DNA of 45,125 bases, taken from positions 1 through 45,125 of the forward strand of contig JBMFUY010000003.1 of NCBI GenBank assembly GCA_049966275.1. Reading direction: 5' to 3'. The translations under genes were made by a program, and so were the position numbers. Origin of the DNA: a bacterium (GTDB lineage: Bacteria > JAMCPX01). Numbering within the stretch: position 1 is the first letter of the stretch; every line of letters begins with the position of its first letter. The notes under the pieces are model-generated. The model saw only the letters and a list, made by a program, of their open reading frames with translations. It was not told where the DNA came from and ran no database searches. Of the stretch, positions 38,739-45,125 are shown piece after piece.

Positions 38739-39312
38739 AGGTACACTGGTTGAAAAGAAGCAGGACAGCGTTGTTATAGACGTTGATGGTATAGGGTTTG
38801 AGGTTTATGTATCATCAACAACATACCTTGCCCTTCCGGAGGAAGGGAATGAGGTTATGCTTTATATCCATACTTATATAAGAGAAGACAGTATCACCCT
38901 TTACGGATTTTATACAATAACTGAAAGATTGCTATTTAAATTACTTATATCAGTGCAGGGTATTGGACCAAAGGTTGCAAGAAATATACTTTCAAATATC
39001 CATATGGATGATTTCGTAGCAGCCATTGTTACAAAGGATCTGGCGAGGTTGTCCACTGTGCCAGGGCTTGGTAAAAAAACTGCTGAAAAGCTTGTTCTTG
39101 AGTTAAGGGAAAAAATGGGTAATATTCAATTCTCAACAAATGCATCAACCAGCAAGCATGTGCTTTTATCAGATGCTGTTTCAGCACTGGTTAACTTAGG
39201 ATACAAACAACAACAATCAAAAGATATAGTGGAACAGGTTCTGAAAGACAATCCAGCTCTTAACAGCATAGAGGATGTTATAAAGCTATCCCTGAGACGG
39301 TTAATTAAATGA
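38722..39312 (+). CDS. ruvA: Holliday junction branch migration protein RuvA
   Basis: REDS..LYGF, V.GIGPK, VPG.GKKTAE. Confidence 0.95.
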   Translation: MLYHIKGTLVEKKQDSVVIDVDGIGFEVYVSSTTYLALPEEGNEVMLYIHTYIREDSITLYGFYTITERLLFKLLISVQGIGPKVARNILSNIHMDDFVAAIVTKDLARLSTVPGLGKKTAEKLVLELREKMGNIQFSTNASTSKHVLLSDAVSALVNLGYKQQQSKDIVEQVLKDNPALNSIEDVIKLSLRRLIK

Positions 39313-40349
39313 GCAGGCAAAAGAACATAGAACAATTTGATCCAAGAAAGCTGAAAGAAGATGAACTATACGAACAAAAGATAAGACCCAACAGGTTTTC
39401 AGAATACATCGGTCAGGAGAAGATCGTTTCCAATCTAAAGGTTTTCATTCAGGCAGCAAAGGAGAGAGGCGAGGCACTTGATCATATCCTGCTGTATGGT
39501 CCACCCGGACTTGGCAAGACAACACTTGCGTATATAGTTTCATCTGAGCTGGGTGTTGGGCTTAAAACAACATCAGGTCCTATACTTGAGAAAACCGGAG
39601 ATATAGCAGCCATACTGACAAACCTGAATGAAAGGGATGTGCTTTTTATTGATGAGATCCACAGGATCAATGCCTCTGTTGGTGAGGTGCTTTATCCTGC
39701 AATGGAAGATTTCAAGCTTGATATTATTATTGGACAGGGACCTTCTGCAAAGGCTATAAGACTTGATCTTCCAAAATTTACTCTGGTTGGTGCAACAACA
39801 AGAACAGGATTGCTATCAGCACCTCTGCGGGATAGGTTTGGTTTTGTAGCAGGGCTTGAGTACTACTCTGTAGACGAGTTAAAAAGGATCATAGAGCGTT
39901 CAGCAAAGATTATGGGTATACCCGTTACAGAGGAAGGAAGTTATGAGATAGCAAAGCGTGCGCGTGGCACACCCAGGGTTGCCATACGGCTTATAAGGCG
40001 CATAAGGGACTACGCACAGGTAGAAGGTAATGGGGCAATAGATGTAGATATAACTAAAAAGGCTTTATCAATGCTTGATATAGATCATCTCGGCTTTGAC
40101 AGAATGGATATAAAGATCCTTAAAACAATAATAGAGAAGTTTAATGGTGGGCCTGTTGGTATTGATACAATAGCCGTGGCTATTGGAGAGGAAAGCGACA
40201 CCATAGAAGAGGTATATGAACCTTATCTGATTCAATGTGGGATGATTGAAAGAACATCAAGGGGAAGGGTTGCCACTGAGTTAGCATACAGGCATCTTGG
40301 TTTACAGGATAGAAGGATCAAGCAGGTTGATCTTTTTAGAGACAGGTAA
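39309..40349 (+). CDS. ruvB: Holliday junction helicase RuvB
   Basis: [27 protein letters not shown]. Confidence 0.97.
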   Translation: MSRQKNIEQFDPRKLKEDELYEQKIRPNRFSEYIGQEKIVSNLKVFIQAAKERGEALDHILLYGPPGLGKTTLAYIVSSELGVGLKTTSGPILEKTGDIAAILTNLNERDVLFIDEIHRINASVGEVLYPAMEDFKLDIIIGQGPSAKAIRLDLPKFTLVGATTRTGLLSAPLRDRFGFVAGLEYYSVDELKRIIERSAKIMGIPVTEEGSYEIAKRARGTPRVAIRLIRRIRDYAQVEGNGAIDVDITKKALSMLDIDHLGFDRMDIKILKTIIEKFNGGPVGIDTIAVAIGEESDTIEEVYEPYLIQCGMIERTSRGRVATELAYRHLGLQDRRIKQVDLFRDR

Positions 40350-40444
40350 CCCGAAAAATGCGTTTATGAAATAGGGAAGTTTGTATAATGAGTGATGGGG
40401 TACCCCGAACGAAAGAGCAAACTTTCCTATTGCAATTTTTGGGT
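40349..40444 (-). repeat. Full copy (short variant, inverted) of palindromic MITE-like repeat
   Basis: acccgaaaaatgc...ggggtacccc...gcaatttttgggt, reverse complement of the 12753/15396 copies with a few substitutions. Confidence 0.92.
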
Positions 40445-40493
40445 CAAGCGAATTTTATTTTCCAAACAAGGGTTTTTATGTATAATGCGTCAC

Positions 40494-41864
40494 ATGAGAG
40501 GTTTTAAATCTACACTTATAAAAACATTTGCCTTACCGCTGGTTATTATAACTTTATTTTTTACAAACAATATTGTTTACGCAGATAGTTGTAAGTTTAC
40601 AAGAACATTTGATCCTGTTATAATTGAAGGAGCAAAACTCTCTCCATTTTTAGGAGAGGATATAAACAATCTCAGGCTTTACAGTGTTAATAAAAAAGGC
40701 AAAAGCATAGAGGTTCACCCCATACCTTTTCAAATTGATGAGCTAGATGAAAAAGGAGATTGGATTTTTAATTTTGATAAACACGGTAACCCTTTACCAT
40801 TAAAGAGAACCTCATTAGCACCACAGGATCAGCTTGTGTTCATGGCAAAGGATGCTGGTATAAAAACAGAAATAGATCAGCATGGGTTTAAGGGGGCAAA
40901 AGCCATAGAAATAGAGCTTACAGATCCTTTGAATAATACCCATGCTTATGTATATCTCTTGTACTTTAAGAGTGATCCTCCACCTCTTTCGCCGGTGCAC
41001 TATGTTAAGTACGATCCCACAAAAGATATGGTAACTGCAGGATTATACGTGATGGGTTTCTCAAAAACATCACCTATATCTTATGACTACTATGCTGTTC
41101 CTAAATCTGCAGGTGGTGAAGGAATAAACATATTTGATAGATTTAAAATGAGGCTTGATATAGACACCTCATTGCTTAATATACACAGAGACGAAAGCCA
41201 GTTCAAGTCAAGGCTCGTTGGATACATTCAGGGACCTGTACGCGTTATAAGGAGGGTTGCAAATTCCATGTACATTGCTCTGGGTTTTCAATCACCGGCA
41301 GTTCTATCAGATAGTCTGTATTATTATGATTTTTTTCAGTTTCCAACAGTCGTTGATATTCCAATTGATCTCCAGAAACTATACATAATAAAAAAGGCTC
41401 GTCTTATTACTTCAACTGATTTCAATCATAATGCAATTGGTATGTATTTTTATAATTCAACCAATCCAGGAGGACTTAAAATTACAGGTACAATGAGTAA
41501 AGCACAGGAAGGATTGGATAGATCACCTTATGATTGGGCTGTTGTTTCTGGCCCACAAGGGGCATGGATGAACAGGGTTGTTATGGGTAAAGAAGTGCCA
41601 TTTACAAAAAGGCTTTATTTTGTTGATGATAAAAACAAACTTGATCCACCGGAGAACGAACCAGGTCAGATAGCTAATACCGGTTATGATTTTGGTAATC
41701 TTATGAGAGCAAAAAAGGGCGTATACACCTTTACATCGTATATATATGTTCCTGTAGGTTACAAACCAGGTGATGAAAAACCATGGCTGAATATTATTGA
41801 CCATCCTGTTAATTATGTGATTTATTATAATGGTAAACAGGTTAGAACTGGCGAATTACAATAA
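40494..41864 (+). CDS. Secreted hypothetical protein (beta-rich)
   Basis: Signal peptide from ATG 40494 (MRGFK...VYA|D); TATAAT at 40481-40486; ORF-track start lies within the repeat. Confidence 0.75.
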   Translation: MRGFKSTLIKTFALPLVIITLFFTNNIVYADSCKFTRTFDPVIIEGAKLSPFLGEDINNLRLYSVNKKGKSIEVHPIPFQIDELDEKGDWIFNFDKHGNPLPLKRTSLAPQDQLVFMAKDAGIKTEIDQHGFKGAKAIEIELTDPLNNTHAYVYLLYFKSDPPPLSPVHYVKYDPTKDMVTAGLYVMGFSKTSPISYDYYAVPKSAGGEGINIFDRFKMRLDIDTSLLNIHRDESQFKSRLVGYIQGPVRVIRRVANSMYIALGFQSPAVLSDSLYYYDFFQFPTVVDIPIDLQKLYIIKKARLITSTDFNHNAIGMYFYNSTNPGGLKITGTMSKAQEGLDRSPYDWAVVSGPQGAWMNRVVMGKEVPFTKRLYFVDDKNKLDPPENEPGQIANTGYDFGNLMRAKKGVYTFTSYIYVPVGYKPGDEKPWLNIIDHPVNYVIYYNGKQVRTGELQ

Positions 41865-41887
41865 AAATATTTAATTTGGGAGGATGT

Positions 41888-43438
41888 ATGAAAAGAGGTA
41901 TAACAGGTTTAATTGTTTTATTGTTTGGTATAAGTGCTGTGGTGTCGTGTTCAAGTAGTAAGAGTAGTACAAAGACATTTCCAAAAGGCTTTTTATGGGG
42001 CGTCTCAACCGCAGCAGAGCAGAGTGAAGGCGGCATCACAAATAATGACTGGTACATCTGGGAACAGATGGGTAAGACACCACCTGTTGGGCTTGCTGAT
42101 AATTTTTATAATCTTTATGCAAAGGATTTTGACAATGCCCAGGCAATGCACCTCAATGCATTCAGGCTTACATTTGAGTGGTCAAGGATCGTACCGAACA
42201 AGCCTGCGAATATATATGCACCGTTAACGCCCAACGATGTGGATATGACAGAGGTTCAGCACTATAAGGATGTAATAGCCTCGCTGGAGAGTCATGGATT
42301 AACACCTGTTGTTACATTGATCCATTATACAATGCCGATATGGGCTGATAATCCAGCTGCTGCTTATGATCAAACCTCACAAACCTTTACAGATGGTTCA
42401 CTCGGAGGGTGGACAAACACAGCTACTGCTTATGCATTTGCAAATTACGCAGGCTTTATGGCTCAACAATTTTCCACAACAGTTAAATACTGGCTTACTG
42501 AAAACGAGCCTATTCCAGACACCCTGAGTGGATATGTGGTAGGAGTGTTCCCTCCTGGCTTTTCAAATCTTGGCTACCTTACTGCGACAACAATGCCGTT
42601 CTCTGCAAGTGTTGTTAGTGTTATAAAAAACATGATTATGGCTCATGCCCTTGCTTATCATGCTATACATGCGGCTGATCCGGATGCAATGGTGAGTATT
42701 GCCAAAAATTCCATTTTTTCAACCCCAATACCAGGAAATGCACGCTCTGAACAGGCTGCAAAAGCCTTTGATCATGCATATAATCTAACATTCCTTGATG
42801 CTATTACAAGTGGTATGTTTGACAATGGTCTTACAGGCACAACAAACACGCAGTATTATCCTGAATGGGCACATACACTTGATTATATAGGTGTGAATTA
42901 TTATAGCAATGATTATATCGTTCCTGCCCCTCCAGGTATATTGGTACCAATAAATGCGATACCATGTGATCCAACAATTGGTGCCTTTATCCTCTTAAGT
43001 GCACTTGGCTGCCCTGCACAAAACCCCTCTGAAACACAGGGCTTGACGAATATACTGGTTGAGTATGCACAGAGATATCATCTGCCCATGCTCATAACAG
43101 AAAACGGCTATGGCGGTGCAGACCCCATTGAAAAAACAAAATACATTGTGCAGAATATCCTTGCGGTAAAAAACGCCATCAACCAGGGTGCGGATATGCT
43201 GGGCTATATGTACTGGACAATGGACTATGATTATGAGTGGACATCTGGCTATGCTCAGAATTTCGGGTTGTTTTATGTAGACCATTTTACAAGTTGTACA
43301 AAACCATCCTGTGGTTTGACCCCGACCACTACAACAGATTTCACGCGCACTCCTGTACAACCAGCTGTTGAAGTTTATTCAGCAATAGCAGCTGCCAATG
43401 ATGTGACCCAGACAATCATTGATCAATATGGACATTAA
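41888..43438 (+). CDS. GH1 family beta-glycosidase, lipoprotein
   Basis: Lipobox VVSC; FPKGFLWG, EWSRI, NEP acid/base, ITENG nucleophile; SD GGAGG. Confidence 0.9.
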   Translation: MKRGITGLIVLLFGISAVVSCSSSKSSTKTFPKGFLWGVSTAAEQSEGGITNNDWYIWEQMGKTPPVGLADNFYNLYAKDFDNAQAMHLNAFRLTFEWSRIVPNKPANIYAPLTPNDVDMTEVQHYKDVIASLESHGLTPVVTLIHYTMPIWADNPAAAYDQTSQTFTDGSLGGWTNTATAYAFANYAGFMAQQFSTTVKYWLTENEPIPDTLSGYVVGVFPPGFSNLGYLTATTMPFSASVVSVIKNMIMAHALAYHAIHAADPDAMVSIAKNSIFSTPIPGNARSEQAAKAFDHAYNLTFLDAITSGMFDNGLTGTTNTQYYPEWAHTLDYIGVNYYSNDYIVPAPPGILVPINAIPCDPTIGAFILLSALGCPAQNPSETQGLTNILVEYAQRYHLPMLITENGYGGADPIEKTKYIVQNILAVKNAINQGADMLGYMYWTMDYDYEWTSGYAQNFGLFYVDHFTSCTKPSCGLTPTTTTDFTRTPVQPAVEVYSAIAAANDVTQTIIDQYGH

Positions 43439-43439
43439 T

Positions 43440-44171
43440 ATGAAGTTAAAATTAAGTATAAACAGGTTAATGATAACTATTCGTAACCAGTTCAATGTAA
43501 AAAAGGCAGTCTATTTTTTGATGATGCTTATTACAATTACACTATGTTTGCCGATTAATACCTTTGCAGTACCAATAGGATCAATGTCTGTTGGTCAGAA
43601 AACCGGAGATTTTTCTTTGGGATTTGGTGTTGATTATAGGATGCGCAGGGTAACGTCCTCAGATAACCCAGACACAGATATGTCTTCGAAGGGCTTTTCC
43701 ATCGTAGCAAGGTACAATATTGTGAGTTTCTTAAGCATATATCTTGATGGTGGTTTTGATGATATATGGCTTGCAACTCCTGATTTTAAGGGGTACCTTG
43801 GGGGGTCTTATGGTGGTGGAGTCAGGTTTTCACTTCCAGATCCTCACAGAAGCAGGTTTACAATTAATATTGCCGGAGACTTTAATAACACACAGAGTGG
43901 TAATGGAATAAGAGATGCAAGGGATTTTGAATACACAGGTGCTTTATACGTGGCTTTCAAAAATCTGAACACTATTACTTATGGAGGTATTGAGGCTTCA
44001 AATATTGATCTTTCCTTTACAAATCCAAATGTCAACTATAGTTCCAGGTACAACATAGGTGCAGTTTTTGGATTGGATCAGGTTATTATACCATCTCTAT
44101 TTTTTAATTTTGAGATCCATGTGTTTGATGTACAATCAGTGGAAGGTGGGATTGGATATACATTCTTTTAA
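43440..44171 (+). CDS. Putative outer-membrane beta-barrel protein (start uncertain)
   Basis: Signal-like hydrophobic segment, alternating amphipathic strands, C-terminal GIGYTFF. Confidence 0.65.
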   Translation: MKLKLSINRLMITIRNQFNVKKAVYFLMMLITITLCLPINTFAVPIGSMSVGQKTGDFSLGFGVDYRMRRVTSSDNPDTDMSSKGFSIVARYNIVSFLSIYLDGGFDDIWLATPDFKGYLGGSYGGGVRFSLPDPHRSRFTINIAGDFNNTQSGNGIRDARDFEYTGALYVAFKNLNTITYGGIEASNIDLSFTNPNVNYSSRYNIGAVFGLDQVIIPSLFFNFEIHVFDVQSVEGGIGYTFF

Positions 44172-44182
44172 AGGAGAAGCAA

Positions 44183-44842
44183 ATGAAGATCTTTCTTGAT
44201 ACTGCAAACATACAGGAAATAAAAAGGGCTGTTGAACTTGGCTTAATAGATGGGGTTACCACAAATCCAACTTTGTTATCAAAAGAGGGTAAAGAACCCA
44301 TCTCTCAATTAAAAGAGATCGTTAAGCTTGTGCATGGTCCAATAAGTGCTGAGGTTGTTTCTCAGGATGCTGAAGGCATGATTAAAGAAGCCAAATCTCT
44401 ATCAAGGTTGGGTAAAAATATAGTAATAAAGATCCCCATGTGTGAGCAGGGGTTGATAGCTGTGAGGAGACTTGCACAGCAGGGGATAAAAACGAATGTA
44501 ACTCTGGTATTTTCTCCGTCACAGGCATTGCTTGCTGCAAAGGCTGGAGCAAGTTATGTAAGTCCATTTGTGGGCAGGATAGATGATATATCAGGCAATG
44601 GTATGGAACTTATTGAACAGATTGTTACGATCTTTGATAACTACCTTTTTAAAACAGAGATCATTGTGGCAAGCATAAGGCACCCGGTCCATTTCGTTCA
44701 ATCTGCATTGATTGGAGCTCACGTTGCCACAGTGCCATTCAATGTGCTTGAACGACTGCTAAAACATCCGTTAACAGATAAGGGTATTGATGCCTTTAAA
44801 AAGGATTGGGAAAAGCTAAAAAGTGTAATAAAGAAGACATAA
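44183..44842 (+). CDS. tal: Transaldolase (short TalC/FSA family)
   Basis: DTAN, GVTTNP, SAEV, VIKIP, SPFVGR (Phe and Glu as in true transaldolases). Confidence 0.92.
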   Translation: MKIFLDTANIQEIKRAVELGLIDGVTTNPTLLSKEGKEPISQLKEIVKLVHGPISAEVVSQDAEGMIKEAKSLSRLGKNIVIKIPMCEQGLIAVRRLAQQGIKTNVTLVFSPSQALLAAKAGASYVSPFVGRIDDISGNGMELIEQIVTIFDNYLFKTEIIVASIRHPVHFVQSALIGAHVATVPFNVLERLLKHPLTDKGIDAFKKDWEKLKSVIKKT

Positions 44843-45048
44843 AGAATAAGTGTTAGCTAAAATTTTAAGGTGCATCCGACTTCTTAATGGGTATATACAA
44901 GATATAGTGGTTTATGTGTAATATAAAATTATGGGTGAGAAAACTTTTTGGCTCTTCGGGCTTTTATGTGGATAGGTTAAAATGTGGCAAGATACTTTTC
45001 CCCTTTGAAAAAGGATGTCTGACAATTGCTTTTTATATTCCTCCCTTG

Positions 45049-45125
45049 ACCCGAAAAATGCATTTGCGAAATAGGGAAGTTTGTGTAATGAGTGATAACC
45101 CCGCGTCAAATATAGGTATTCTTCG
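45049..45125 (-). repeat. Partial copy (long variant, inverted) of the palindromic repeat
   Basis: Reverse complement of 7-82; truncated by the window end. Confidence 0.9.

Noticed and set aside
44183-44842. Fructose-6-phosphate aldolase call
   Set aside because: SPFVGR and SAEV residues fit transaldolase rather than FSA.
44843-45048. Hidden gene or terminator after transaldolase
   Set aside because: Only very short ORFs and a weak 5-bp hairpin (ccttt-gaa-aaagg); nothing supportable.

Overview
AT-rich bacterial chromosomal segment whose gene order (alr-mlaEFD, pyrR-pyrB-pyrC-carA-radical SAM-carB-greA, rpsU-dnaG-rpoD-tRNA(CAT)-Zn ribbon, ispA-dxs, yebC-ruvCAB) resembles deltaproteobacterial-type diderm genomes; the taxonomy is my inference. 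Mostly housekeeping genes, with accessory blocks: an ALDH/GMC oxidoreductase/FabK-like operon, secreted lipoprotein glycoside hydrolases (GH18+propeller, GH2, GH1) with a TolB-like lipoprotein, and an orphan BamHI-like DNA methyltransferase inside the PyrR-attenuated pyr operon. The main unexplained structure is a ~96-bp palindromic MITE-like repeat with ACCC...GGGT ends. It occurs five times in two variants. Two copies share a base with a TAA stop codon, two direct copies bracket the GH18 gene like a cassette, and partial inverted copies form both window ends, each cut near a small hairpin apex. No transposase, integrase, CRISPR array or rRNA was seen.
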